Source of the DNA: Longimicrobiales bacterium
Lineage (GTDB): Bacteria; Gemmatimonadota; Gemmatimonadetes; Longimicrobiales; Gaopeijiaceae
DNA: 64,000 nucleotides
NCBI GenBank assembly: GCA_965248195.1
Contig: CBDFIQ010000002.1
Span: 3,200,001-3,264,000 of the forward strand
Reading direction: 5' to 3'
The notes beneath the pieces are model-generated. The model saw only the letters and a list, made by a program, of their open reading frames with translations, ran no database searches and was not told where the DNA came from. The number at the start of each line of letters is the position of its first letter. The stretch's first letter is position 1. Shown piece after piece: positions 20,171 to 30,636 of this stretch. The translations under genes were made by a program, and so were the position numbers.

Positions 20171-22457
20171 ACGAGTCCCCTCTTCCGCCGGTACCCCCAC
20201 TCGCCCGCCATCAGGCCCAGCACCAGAAGCAGCAGGATGGGCATGTCCCAGAGGTCCCGCTCCTCGGTGAGTGTGACGCCGGCGCCGGTCAGACTGATGT
20301 CCTCCGGAAGGCTCGCCACGTTCTCCGGCGTGTAAAACAGCCCGCCCGTCTGGTCCGCGACGCGGCGCAACGTAGTCCCCCGCATACTCGCGTCGAAGTA
20401 TTCGTCATCCGAGGGCGCCACGTTCACGTAGGTGGTGGCGGTTCCGATCGTGTCTCCGGCACGCGTGGCTTGAACCGAGACCTCGTAAAGCCCCGGTCCA
20501 GAGGTGGGAAACCCACCATCGTAGTGCCCGTCTTGTTCAACATCCCAGTCGAGGGGGACCGTGATGGAATCGCCTGACGGATCCCGTACCACGGCAACGA
20601 CGTTTGCGTTGTTTACCTCCACGTACGCTGAATCTCCGACCTCGACCGCGAGCCTAACGGGTTGCCCCGGCTCGACGACCTCTTGCTCGCCTTGGGCCCC
20701 GACCTGGGCGGGCACACCGTCTGCGAGCCAGCGGAGAAGCTGCCGCCAGAAGGTCTCGTGGGTCTGGTCTTCGAGCGAGATGTCGGCGTGCATCTGCCAG
20801 ATCCACGAGTCCTGGATGGGCAGCACGATCACCTTGCCACGGCCATAACGATGGTAGGCGAGGACGACCTGACGATCACGGTCCCCCTCCGGACCCCCGG
20901 TCAGGAGTCCAGTCGCACCCGGCTTGAGACGTGTGACGGGATTCAGGGTCGTGACGGGCGGGAGGGACTCCCAACGTTCACGGACGGAGTCGCTGTTATC
21001 CTCTCCGAGTTGTGTGATGGGGTGGGTGAGACCCGTTCTCGTGGGCGTGATGAAGAGTTCGCCGAAGTAGGGCCCGGCTCCGGTGCTCAGATCGTCGTCC
21101 ATAAAGACGGGCAGTGCCTCCGCCAAGCGTGTGCCCTGGTAGCTTCCCTCCGCAAACGCGTTCCGGCCGCCGAGGACCAGGAGACCACCACCTCGCTGGG
21201 ACACGAAGTCCGCGATCATGTCGAGTTGATCGTGCGTGAAGAAGCTCGCCTCCACACTCCCGAGGATGAGCGCCCGGTAGCGAAACAGCTCTTCCCGTGT
21301 CTTCGGGAACCCGGCCGCGAGTTCCTCGGCGTCGTCCACGTCGAGGCGGAGGAATTTGCTCTCGGCCGTGCGTTGAAGAACCACGACCTGGAGGTTGTCG
21401 TCTTCGGACACCGCGCGGCGCAGGAACTTCACCTCCCAGCGAGGCTCTCCCTCGAAATAGAGGATCTTTTCGGCCTGGTTCACGACGTCCACGAGAACGT
21501 CCGAACGTTGTTCTCCGTTACCCGCTCCCCCTCCTGAGCCGAAACTCTGAATCGAAGCAGACGGGGCCCCGCGTCCTCGGCCTCGATCCGGACCCTGGTG
21601 ACCACGGGTTCGCCATCGCGCTCGAAGGTCACGTCCTCCGAAGCCAGAAGCTGACCCGTGTCCTCCACCATGAGCTGGACCGTCCGCCCCGAGAAGCCGC
21701 GGTGGGACACGATGACGTCGACCACCAACGACGTCCCCACAAGGACCGTCCTCGGCATTTCTACACGGCTGATTTGAACGTCCGGCGACAGTTCCTCCTC
21801 ACCGAGGCCCACCGTATAGACGGGAACATTCGAGGCCTGGAGCGGCAGGAGCGACTCGGCCAGGGCCCCGCCGGAATTGTCGGCCCCGTCCGAAATGACC
21901 ACCAAACCTGAGATCGGCACGCCGGCCAGTTCCTCTTGAGCCCGGACCAGAGCGTTGCCAAGGTCCGTCGCCGTGCCCGCGTAGGATAGATCGCCCATGT
22001 CGTTGAGACGGCTCGCGTCGCGGCTGAAGCGGAAGAAGCGGAGCGTGAACTTTTCGGACAGGGCGGACAAAAGCTCGCTGCCCTCACTGCCGAAGGTCGA
22101 GCGGACGAAGTCACTCCTGGCCACGCCGTCTTCGTCGGTGATGCGCATACTCTGCGAATCGTCGATCAGAATCCCGACGAAATTTCGCTGTGGAACGACC
22201 GAAGTGAGCACGAGCGTGGGCTGGAAGAGTATGAAGACGAGGATCGCGACCAAGCCGAGCCGTAACACCGCCATCACCCACCGGTCTATTCGGCGGCTGT
22301 CTCCCCTGGCGGCTCTATACGTGAGGAGTGCCGGAATGGAAACCGCCGCCACTCCGCCCAGAATGAACAAGGCCGGCCAAGGTGACGCGAAAGTGAAATC
22401 GCCCTCCTGGAAAAGGAGCGGCCTGTACTTAAAAAGGAACTCGAAGATCGTCTCCAT
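20167..22457 (-). pseudogene. vWA + GATase1-like membrane protein, split by one frameshift near 21494 (real or assembly indel)
   Basis: ORFs 21480..22457 and 20167..21492 join as ENNVRTF-[L]-VDVVNQAEKILYFEGEPRWE if one base is added. MIDAS DDSQS, VISDG; C-terminal TM LWDMP...EWGYRRK. Confidence 0.8.
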
Positions 22458-22476
22458 CAGCGTGCGTCTCCGGCCA

Positions 22477-23370
22477 TCAGTGACTCATCGCGTAGACGAT
22501 AAAGTTAACGCCCATCTCGTAGGCGTACGTCGAATACTTGAGCGGGTATCGGGGGTTGTCCGCCCATTCCCAAGCATCTCCAAGGTCGGTGTTCCAGTTG
22601 ATGATGACCATGAGGCGGCCGTTTTCGTCGTGGATCCCCCTGACCATGGGAACGTATCCGTCGCGCTCATGAGTCGGACCCCCGTAGACCCCTTGGTTGA
22701 CATTCGGCACCTGGATGATCTCTTCGATCTCGTAAAAGGTCGTGAAAATCGGATGGTCGATCGACAGGTCGACGATTTCGTATTCGGGCAGAACCTGTCG
22801 GATCTCGTACTCGAAGTTTTCCCACTCCCGGGTGCCCCAGAAGTCGTCGATGACCAGGAACCCGCCTGCGAGCAAGTAGCTGCGAAGGCCCTCGACCTCC
22901 TCGGGGTTGAGCGACATCCTTCCGACCTCGAGCGCATACAAAAAAGGATAACGGCGTAGTTCGGGCTCCTGGAGCAGGACCACGAATTCCTTTTCGAAGG
23001 CGTCGAGGTTGGGGAGGAGTCGATCAATGAACGAGAGGAAGATCTGGTCGGCCTTCGGGTAGTCCGTCGCCCAGGAACCGCCTCGGCCATAGAACCCACG
23101 GTACCCACGATAGGCGACACGGGAGAAGTAAAACTCACGCGGGATGCTGTCGGTTTGAAATTGAAGGGCGCTGGCTCGGCTCCCTCCCCGGACCGTTGGG
23201 TCGTCCGAGATACCCCCCGAGCTCAAGAAGCGGGGCTGCTCACCGGAGAGCGGGGTGGAGCCTTCGGCGTTCGTGACGTCGGACGTGGTGGTGGCGTCCG
23301 GCACCGCCGGTGGAGAGCCGAGTAGAACGATCAGTGTCACGGCACTCACACCTGACCACAATGCCCGCAC
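22477..23370 (-). CDS. DUF4159 domain secreted protein (copy 2)
   Basis: Signal peptide; WATDYP, LRSYLLAGGFLVIDDF, MGVNFIVYAMSH; clear paralog of 15697..16521. Confidence 0.85.
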   Translation of the reverse strand: MRALWSGVSAVTLIVLLGSPPAVPDATTTSDVTNAEGSTPLSGEQPRFLSSGGISDDPTVRGGSRASALQFQTDSIPREFYFSRVAYRGYRGFYGRGGSWATDYPKADQIFLSFIDRLLPNLDAFEKEFVVLLQEPELRRYPFLYALEVGRMSLNPEEVEGLRSYLLAGGFLVIDDFWGTREWENFEYEIRQVLPEYEIVDLSIDHPIFTTFYEIEEIIQVPNVNQGVYGGPTHERDGYVPMVRGIHDENGRLMVIINWNTDLGDAWEWADNPRYPLKYSTYAYEMGVNFIVYAMSH

Positions 23371-23562
23371 GATACGCTCCAGTCTCTCGTCGGTGATACT
23401 TCCTTCCAGCGTACCGGGCCGAACGGGTAGCCGCGATCCCTGACCAGGCCGGCCATATCGGTACGTTTCTGTGACGGCAAAGGTTCCTCACGCCCGGCGC
23501 GGGAATCGCGGCCACAGTCCCCGTGAAGCAAAAGACCTAATAGCTTCGTAGGGTATACCGCA

Positions 23563-23988
23563 ATGACGGAGCGATATGCGCTCATGCAACGAGGTAAGGT
23601 TATGGATCCCATGACAAAAGTTTCGGTGCGCGATTTCGCCATCTTCCAGCTCAAGTTGCTGATCGATGGGTTTAAGGACGGTGCCGTCTTCGCCATGTCG
23701 TTCGTGGCGTTCGGGGTGGACCTCATCTTCAGACGGCACGGACGGCGGCGCTGGTTCTACAGGATGATGAGGGTCAGTGAGAAGTTCGACCTTTGGCTCA
23801 ATCTCCACGGTGCGACGCAGGAGGCCGAAAGCGATGCGGACGGCCTCTTCGGCCAGAGTGAGGCGGGAAGCGACACAATGCTGGGTCAGATCGAGCAGAT
23901 CGTTCGAGGGGGTGATGAACCGCCTCTCCGGACGGGTAAGACGCCTCCGCAGGCCCAAAGTGGATCGTCGCCGATCCGTTTGATGTGA
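23563..23988 (+). CDS. Hypothetical protein
   Basis: 141-aa ORF with natural composition, divergent from the MoxR operon; start uncertain. Confidence 0.6.
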   Translation: MTERYALMQRGKVMDPMTKVSVRDFAIFQLKLLIDGFKDGAVFAMSFVAFGVDLIFRRHGRRRWFYRMMRVSEKFDLWLNLHGATQEAESDADGLFGQSEAGSDTMLGQIEQIVRGGDEPPLRTGKTPPQAQSGSSPIRLM

Positions 23989-24065
23989 TCGCCTTGCACT
24001 TCTGTACGGGTCCTGGGTAGAGCATGATGCGCCCTGGCTGGGCTGGCTCGAGCACACTATTCCCG

Positions 24066-24100
24066 GAAGGGTGATCGACCTCCCTTTCCGATCACCCTTC
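24066..24100. terminator. Perfect 12-bp hairpin (possible terminator or operator)
   Basis: GAAGGGTGATCG-N11-CGATCACCCTTC; no clear U-tract. Confidence 0.45.
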
Positions 24101-24134
24101 GAGTGTCCGGTGAAGTTCTGACACAGGACACAAG

Positions 24135-25510
24135 GGTCAAGTCCCGATTTGTGTGTAAAAGCGGAGGAAGCTCCTCGCCTTCGGCTAGGCTGCTTGGGCG
24201 ACCTCCTGTTTCTGGAGGAGTGAGAGGTCGAGGTAACGCCGGTCGCCCCAGACGTGTGTGGTCCTGAGTGCGACGGCCGTGATGAGCCTGAGGGCGCTGG
24301 CCCGGTCCGGGAAGGCGCCGGCGGCCTTGATCCTGCGTTTGATCTCGCCGTGCAGCCGCTCGAGGCTGTTGGTGGTACGCAGCCGGGGCCAGTGCGCCTC
24401 GGGGAACGCGTAGAACTGCGTCGCTGCCCCGAAGCCCCGCTCCAGGACCTCCACGGCCTCGGGCAGCTCCTTCTTCCAGCGTGCGCCGAACTCGCCCAGG
24501 AGCTTCTTCGCCTCGGCGAGTCCGGATGTCTGGAAGATCACCGAGACCTCACGCGCCACGCGCTTGCGTAGGCGGTGGGGGACCCTCGCCCCCACATTAC
24601 GCTGCAGATGGACCGTACACCTCTGACGGCGTGCCTCGGGCAGGAAGCGGCGGACCGCAGCTGCCAGGCCTGCGTGCTCATCGGCGATCACGAGCTCGAC
24701 ACCGCCGAGGCCGCGGTCCTGGAGTTGCTCGAGGAGCTCCGACCAGCTCTGCTGCGACTCCTCAGCGCCCAGCGTGACGGCCAGGAGCCGTCGGTGACCC
24801 TCAGGGCCCACTGCATACGCCACGAGCGCACTCACGTTCTCGACTTTGCGGGCCCAGCGGGCGTCCAAGAACGTGGCGTCCAGGTACAGATAGGGGTGAG
24901 GCCCCTCGATCGGCGCACGGCGCAGCCCTTCCACGGCCTCGTCGAGCCGTTTTGCCACACGACTCACCGTCGAGCGCCCAACACGCTCGCCCATCAGCGC
25001 CTCGGTGACGTCGCCCATCTTGCGCTGTGACACGCCGCTCACATACGCCTCGACCATCATCTCGTCGAGCTCGGGGCTCCTGCGCTGGTAGCGGCCGATC
25101 ACGTCGGCCGGCGAACCGTTGTCCCGGCTCCGGGGCATGGCGACCTCGATCTGCCCCAGGCTCGTCAGCAGCCGCCTCAGGTATGTGCCGTTCCTATGGT
25201 CCTTCCGGCTTCCCACCCGCTCGAAGCGGCGTGCACCTACCATGGCCTTCAGCTCCTCTTCCAGCACCATCTCGAGCGTCAGCCGGATCGCGCCTTGAAA
25301 CAGCTCGCGCAAATCATCGCGTAGCTCGTCTTGCGTGGCCCGACCGATCTCCACAATCTCTTGCATCGGAAGCTCCTCTCCGGTTCCGAGCCTGCTCTGC
25401 AGACCCGGACTCCCGGGTTCATGTGACAGTGAACAACAACAGAGGAGCTTCCGTTTTTCTTTCCCTCCTGTCCAGCTTATCCGCTTTTACACAAATCTAG
25501 GGACACTACC
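24135..25510 (-). mobile_element. IS256-family insertion sequence, intact
   Basis: Terminal IRs GGTCAAGTCCCGATTTGTGTGTAAAAGCGGA and (reverse complement) GGTAGTGTCCCTAGATTTGTGTAAAAGCGGA; 8-bp direct repeat GACACAAG at 24127-24134 and 25511-25518. Confidence 0.93.
24185..25366 (-). CDS. IS256 (mutator-type) DDE transposase
   Basis: RNGTYLRRLLTSLG, YLYLDA, VIADEHAGL, QRCTVH, RTTNSLERLHGEIKRR. Confidence 0.95.
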   Translation of the reverse strand: MQEIVEIGRATQDELRDDLRELFQGAIRLTLEMVLEEELKAMVGARRFERVGSRKDHRNGTYLRRLLTSLGQIEVAMPRSRDNGSPADVIGRYQRRSPELDEMMVEAYVSGVSQRKMGDVTEALMGERVGRSTVSRVAKRLDEAVEGLRRAPIEGPHPYLYLDATFLDARWARKVENVSALVAYAVGPEGHRRLLAVTLGAEESQQSWSELLEQLQDRGLGGVELVIADEHAGLAAAVRRFLPEARRQRCTVHLQRNVGARVPHRLRKRVAREVSVIFQTSGLAEAKKLLGEFGARWKKELPEAVEVLERGFGAATQFYAFPEAHWPRLRTTNSLERLHGEIKRRIKAAGAFPDRASALRLITAVALRTTHVWGDRRYLDLSLLQKQEVAQAA

Positions 25511-25532
25511 GACACAAGTGTGAGGTCACAGC

Positions 25533-26036
25533 ATGAACGCTGCGGTACAGGGTGCCTTCAATGAACAGATCAAGCACGAGCTGTTTTCTGGCTATCTATA
25601 CCTCTCCATGTCTGCCCACTTCGATCACGAAAATTTTCCGGGGTTCGCCCACTGGATGCGGGTTCAAGCTCAGGAGGAGCTCGCCCACGCCTTGCGCTTG
25701 TTCGACTACGTGCTCCGCAGGGGAGGGCGGGTCGAACTCCACGGCATCGAGGCCCCCACGACCGATTTCGGACCACCACTCTCCCTCTTCGAGAGCGTGC
25801 TGAAACATGAGCGGGCAGTGACCGGCATGATCCACGCGCTGTTCGAGCTCGCTGGAAAGGAGGGCGATTGGGCGGCGCAGCAAGAGCTCCAGTGGTTCAT
25901 CGCCGAACAGGTCGAAGAGGAGAACAGTGCTGCGACTGCTCGGGACCAAGTGCGCATGGCCGGTGACGACCAGGCCGCTCTGCTCATGCTGGATCAGCAG
26001 CTCGGGAGTCGTGACGCGGAGTCTGGAGAAGCCTGA
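25533..26036 (+). CDS. ftnA: Non-heme ferritin
   Basis: NEQIKHELFSGYLYLSMS, QAQEELAHA, WFIAEQVEEE ferroxidase motifs. Confidence 0.93.
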   Translation: MNAAVQGAFNEQIKHELFSGYLYLSMSAHFDHENFPGFAHWMRVQAQEELAHALRLFDYVLRRGGRVELHGIEAPTTDFGPPLSLFESVLKHERAVTGMIHALFELAGKEGDWAAQQELQWFIAEQVEEENSAATARDQVRMAGDDQAALLMLDQQLGSRDAESGEA

Positions 26037-26081
26037 TCCAGCGGTACCCAGGAGCGGCGGTGTGAGCGGAGGAGCCTTCCA

Positions 26082-27923
26082 GTGCCGCCTAGTGTAGTGT
26101 CGCCAAGAGCCCGACCGGTAGATCTCCCACCCTTCAAGGAGCGAATGATCGCGCTCCGCCTCCTACCACGGTTTCTGGGTATGGCGTGGAGGGCTCAGCC
26201 GGTCTATGCCGCCGTCATCGTCTCGTTCCGGGTCCTGCTGGCGTTCTCGCCCGTGGTCCAGCTTTGGATCGGAAAGCTCATCATCGACGCGGTCCTGGCG
26301 AACATTGGGGCGCCTACTCCCGAATGGACCGGAATTTTTCGCCTGGTCGCATTGGAACTGGTGGTGGCGCTTGCGTCGGACGTACTCCAGCGCACGTCGA
26401 ACCTCCTCGAGAGCCTCCTCGGTGATCTCTTCGGCAATCGGTTGTCGGTGCGGCTCATGGAGCACGCCGCCACGCTGGACTTGGAGAACTTCGAGAATCC
26501 CGAATTCTACGACTCGCTGGAGCGAGCTCGCCGCCAGACCGTGGGGCGGATCGGGCTGTTGACGGTCCTGCTCGGCATCGGGCAGAACGCCCTGACGTTG
26601 ATCTCTCTCCTTGCCGCGCTCATCGCCTTCAACGGCTGGCTCCTGTTGATGCTGGTGTTTACCGTACTGCCGTCCTTCATCGGCGAGACGCACTTCGCGG
26701 GTCTCTCGTACTCGCTGCTCTACAAGTGGACCCCCGAGCGCAGGGAGCTCGACTACCTTCGCTATGTGGCGACCAGTGACGTGACCGCCAAGGAAGTGAA
26801 GCTCTTCGGCCTTGCCGACTACTTCACGCGCAAGTACGAGCGTCTCGCAGACGAATTCTACGAAGCCAACCGGGCGCTCTCCATTAAGCGTGCCACCACC
26901 TCCGGAGGGCTCACCGCCGTGTCCACCATCGGGTATTACGCGGCCAACGTCTTCATCATCGTCGACACAGTGCGTGGAATTCTCACGCTGGGCGATCTCA
27001 CATTCCTGGTCGGATCGTTCCAGCGGAGCCGCAGCCTGATCAGTGGGATTTTGCTGCGGTCCGCCGACGTGTACCAGCAGAGCCTTTTCTTGAGAGATCT
27101 GTTCACCTTCCTCGAGATGAAGCCCCGGACGGCGAGCCCCGAACATCCCGTGCCGGTGTCCCGGCCGATTCGAGAAGGCGTGGTTTTCGAGAACGTGGGA
27201 TTCCGGTACCCGGACACCGAGGCCTGGGCCCTTCGCGACGTCTCGTTGAGGATCGGGGCGGGAGAGCGCGTTGCGCTCGTGGGGGAAAATGGTGCCGGCA
27301 AGACCACGATGGTCAAGCTGCTGACCCGCCTCTACGACCCGACCGAAGGGCGGATCCTGTTGGATGGCGTCGACCTTCGCGAATACGATGTCGATCAGAT
27401 CCGAAGGGCGATCGGCGTCATCTTTCAGGACTTCGTGCGATACGACTTACTGGTACGTGAAAACATCGCGGTAGGGCAGATCGATGCCATCGGCGATCAA
27501 CCCCGTATCGAACAGGCCGCGGAGATGAGCCTTGCCGACAGCGTCGTTGCCGGCTTGGAGAGTGGCCTGGATCACATGCTCGGGCGCCGCTTCAAAGGCG
27601 GGGCCAACCTCTCCGGGGGCGAGTGGCAGAAAATCGGCCTCGCTCGTGCATACGTGCGTGACGCGCAGATCCTCATTCTCGATGAGCCGACGGCCGCCCT
27701 CGACGCCAGGGCTGAATATCAGGTGTTCGAGAGGTTTTCGGAGCTCACGGAAGGGAAGATGGCTGTGCTCATTAGCCACCGGTTCTCGACTGTACGGATG
27801 GCGGACCGCATCGTGGTATTGGAGAACGGGACGGTGATCGAAGATGGAACGCATGACGACTTGCTGGTGCTTTCCGGCCGTTACGCGGAATTGTTCACGC
27901 TCCAGGCTGTGGGGTACCGGTAA
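26082..27923 (+). CDS. ABC exporter, fused permease/ATPase
   Basis: N-terminal TMs, [43 protein letters not shown]. Confidence 0.92.
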   Translation: MPPSVVSPRARPVDLPPFKERMIALRLLPRFLGMAWRAQPVYAAVIVSFRVLLAFSPVVQLWIGKLIIDAVLANIGAPTPEWTGIFRLVALELVVALASDVLQRTSNLLESLLGDLFGNRLSVRLMEHAATLDLENFENPEFYDSLERARRQTVGRIGLLTVLLGIGQNALTLISLLAALIAFNGWLLLMLVFTVLPSFIGETHFAGLSYSLLYKWTPERRELDYLRYVATSDVTAKEVKLFGLADYFTRKYERLADEFYEANRALSIKRATTSGGLTAVSTIGYYAANVFIIVDTVRGILTLGDLTFLVGSFQRSRSLISGILLRSADVYQQSLFLRDLFTFLEMKPRTASPEHPVPVSRPIREGVVFENVGFRYPDTEAWALRDVSLRIGAGERVALVGENGAGKTTMVKLLTRLYDPTEGRILLDGVDLREYDVDQIRRAIGVIFQDFVRYDLLVRENIAVGQIDAIGDQPRIEQAAEMSLADSVVAGLESGLDHMLGRRFKGGANLSGGEWQKIGLARAYVRDAQILILDEPTAALDARAEYQVFERFSELTEGKMAVLISHRFSTVRMADRIVVLENGTVIEDGTHDDLLVLSGRYAELFTLQAVGYR

Positions 27924-29566
27924 TCCACGTTGGGCGGATGGCTCCACCGGACCATCCTTGAGCGTTTCTTCCAGGCGCGCGGGGCCGGAGCGTAGAGGCC
28001 TTCGAAGAGCTCGAACAACGCCGGATCGAAGATTCTTCCGCAATCCTCGCGCATGACCGAGAGCGCGTGACCGGGCGTCAATCCGGCCCGGTAGCTCCGG
28101 GTGGAGGTGAGCGCGTCGAATACGTCGGCAAGGCAGAGGATCCGGGCCGAAAGAGGAATATCGTCCCCGACCAGGCCGTCCGGGTACCCGCTGCCGTCCC
28201 AGTGCTCGTGATGATGGCGCACCATCGGTCGGATATCCCAGGGGAACTCGATCTCCCGGAGCAGGTGCACACCCGCTTGGGGATGGGCCTTCATGGTGGC
28301 CCATTCCTTGGTGGTAAGGCGGCCGGGTTTGTTCAGGATGGACGAGGGCACGACGATTTTGCCCACGTCGTGGAGTAGCGCGCCCATCCGGAACCACCTC
28401 AGGCGCTCCGAATCCATCCCCGAGGCAGAAGCCAGGGCGCAGGCGTAGTTAGCGACGCGCTCACAGTGTCCTTGGGTGTAGTGGTCCTTTGACTCGATCG
28501 ACTCCCCCCACGTACGGACCACGTCCAGGAAACGGTGCTCGAGTCGAGTGACGCACTCCCGGACTTCCGCGAGGTTATGCTTCGCGTTGAAGTCGGAGAA
28601 GAGTCGGAAGCTCTCGTTCAGGGCCTTGAGCGTATCCTGATTTCGGCCTTGTTTTCTATAGACTTCGGCCAGCTCCTGCGCCGTCTCTGCGGCCAGAAGC
28701 GTGTCCTTTTCATTGTCGGCCACCCGACGGGCCTGGGCGAGCGAGTCCAAGGCCAACTCCAGCCGACCTGTGGAGTGGTAGATGGCTCCGTAGTGCTTGA
28801 GAATCTCTCCCGTCCATCGCCCGCCCGAGACGTCACGGGAGAGGCTGCAGGCTCGATCGCACGACTCGCGGGCGCGCTCGAAATCCTTCCTCATGATCCA
28901 CATCCGTGCCAGATTGACGTGACTGAGCACCTGGTGGTCGATGTCTCCGGACTGCTTGCATCTTCGCCCGGCTTCCAAGAGGGCAATTTCCGCATCGGCC
29001 CACTCGCCCAGATCGGCGTGCAAGTGGCCAATGTTGTTGAGAATGGGGCCGACCCAGTCGTCTTCCCCAAGCGCGTCGTACGCCTCCTTACTCAACCGGT
29101 ACTGGTGGAGCGCCTCGGCGAAGTCCCCCTGGATGTTGCTGATTACGCCGAGGTTCTGGTGGATCATCGCGGCCAGGCTTTCGTCCCCGCAAGCCAGCGC
29201 TCGCTGGAGGCTCCAGGTGTAGTGATTGGCGGCAGCCTGGAGGTTTCCACGCATCTGCTCCACGATGCCCTTCCCATTCACCGCATGCGCCTGTCCCGAA
29301 ACGTCGCCGTTCGCCTCTGCGACCCCGAGTGCGGCCTCGAAGCAGTCCATTGATGCCATGAGGCGCCGGCCGTCGTAGTGCGTCCGGGCGATCCACCGCA
29401 GAATCGCGGCGGCGAGAATCGCGTGCTCGGAGTGGTCGAGGGTCCGGAGCGCGGCCTCATATAAGGAGCGAGCCCGGCTCCGGCGAGTTTCCCGTTCCGC
29501 CGCCCGTGCGTGGGCGATCAGCTCTCGCGCGGCCTCCGGAATGTCCTCGTCGGTGGTCGATTCCAC
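27881..29566 (-). CDS. TPR + HD-GYP domain protein (putative c-di-GMP/cyclic dinucleotide phosphodiesterase)
   Basis: N-terminal TPRs; YTQGHCERV, LLHDVGK, HHEHWDGSGYPDG, ADVFDAL..RSYR. Likely GTG start at 29566. Confidence 0.88.
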   Translation of the reverse strand: MESTTDEDIPEAARELIAHARAAERETRRSRARSLYEAALRTLDHSEHAILAAAILRWIARTHYDGRRLMASMDCFEAALGVAEANGDVSGQAHAVNGKGIVEQMRGNLQAAANHYTWSLQRALACGDESLAAMIHQNLGVISNIQGDFAEALHQYRLSKEAYDALGEDDWVGPILNNIGHLHADLGEWADAEIALLEAGRRCKQSGDIDHQVLSHVNLARMWIMRKDFERARESCDRACSLSRDVSGGRWTGEILKHYGAIYHSTGRLELALDSLAQARRVADNEKDTLLAAETAQELAEVYRKQGRNQDTLKALNESFRLFSDFNAKHNLAEVRECVTRLEHRFLDVVRTWGESIESKDHYTQGHCERVANYACALASASGMDSERLRWFRMGALLHDVGKIVVPSSILNKPGRLTTKEWATMKAHPQAGVHLLREIEFPWDIRPMVRHHHEHWDGSGYPDGLVGDDIPLSARILCLADVFDALTSTRSYRAGLTPGHALSVMREDCGRIFDPALFELFEGLYAPAPRAWKKRSRMVRWSHPPNVDYRYPTAWSVNNSA

Positions 29567-29570
29567 GGTC

Positions 29571-30611
29571 TCAAACGCCCTCTTCGAGGCCGTAGTCGCG
29601 GATCTTGCGGTGGATCGTCGGCCGTGAAATCGCGAGGATGCGTGCGGCAGCGCTTCGATTACCACCAGTCAGCCTCAGTGTAATGCGCAGCGCCTCGGCT
29701 TCGATCTCCGCGAAGGTCATGCCGGTGTCGGGAATATGGATCGCCTGTTCCGGATCGTCGTCTCTTCCCTCACCGCTCCCGTGTCGCTCGAAGATGCTCA
29801 GGTGAGTGGCGTTTATTTCCGGCCCGTCGCTGAGGACGATGGCCCGCTGAATGACGTTCTTCAACTCTCGGACATTTCCGGGCCAGTTATGGAGCTTGAG
29901 TATGTCGATCGCGTCGGCTCTGAAGGATTTGGGAGTGATGCCCATCTCATGGGAGATCTGCTCCACGAAGTGGCGCGCCAAGATCACGGGGTCGTCTCCC
30001 CGCTCACTCAGTGCCGGGATGTTGATCCGAAGGACGTTGAGCCGGTAGAACAAGTCCTCCCTGAAGCGCCCCTCGCTCAGGGCGTCCTCGAAGGATCCGT
30101 TCGAGGACGCGATTAGCCGGCACCGTGCCTCAATTTCGTCCGTGCCTCCGACCCGGCGGAAGCGCCGTTCCTCCAGGGCTCGCAACAGCTTCGGCTGTAG
30201 GTTGGGCGGCAGCTCGCTGATTTCGTCGAGGAAAAGAGTCCCTGCGCCTGCTAGCTCGAGCAGACCAAGCTTGCGGGCTCGGGCGTCGGTGAAGGCGCCC
30301 CGCTCATGGCCGAAGAGCTCGGACTCCAGGAGGTTTGCTGGGATCGCCGCGCAGTTTACCTCGACGAAGGGCTCTTGAGCCTCCGGGCTCGCGTAATGGA
30401 TGCCCCGCGCGAAGAGACCCTTGCCCGTCCCCGTATCCCCCACGATGAGCACGGTCGTGCCCCGGCGAGTTGCGACGCGCATGGAGAACTGGATTGCTTT
30501 GAGTAGAGAGGGGCTCCGGCCGACTATGGCCTGGAAGCCGATGTCGGTGGCATGTCTGCCCGACGGCGCGAAGTCTGCGTGGACTTCTCTACTGGCGAGT
30601 TGGTAGCTCAC
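29571..30611 (-). CDS. Sigma54 enhancer-binding protein (AAA+ and Fis-type HTH) without N-terminal sensor domain
   Basis: GDTGTGK, ESELFGHERGAFTDA, LFLDEI, FREDLFYRL, WPGNVRELKN, C-terminal HTH; AAA+ begins about 25 aa from the start. Confidence 0.92.
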   Translation of the reverse strand: MSYQLASREVHADFAPSGRHATDIGFQAIVGRSPSLLKAIQFSMRVATRRGTTVLIVGDTGTGKGLFARGIHYASPEAQEPFVEVNCAAIPANLLESELFGHERGAFTDARARKLGLLELAGAGTLFLDEISELPPNLQPKLLRALEERRFRRVGGTDEIEARCRLIASSNGSFEDALSEGRFREDLFYRLNVLRINIPALSERGDDPVILARHFVEQISHEMGITPKSFRADAIDILKLHNWPGNVRELKNVIQRAIVLSDGPEINATHLSIFERHGSGEGRDDDPEQAIHIPDTGMTFAEIEAEALRITLRLTGGNRSAAARILAISRPTIHRKIRDYGLEEGV

Positions 30612-30636
30612 GGCTCAATTCGACTCGTGGAACGGG

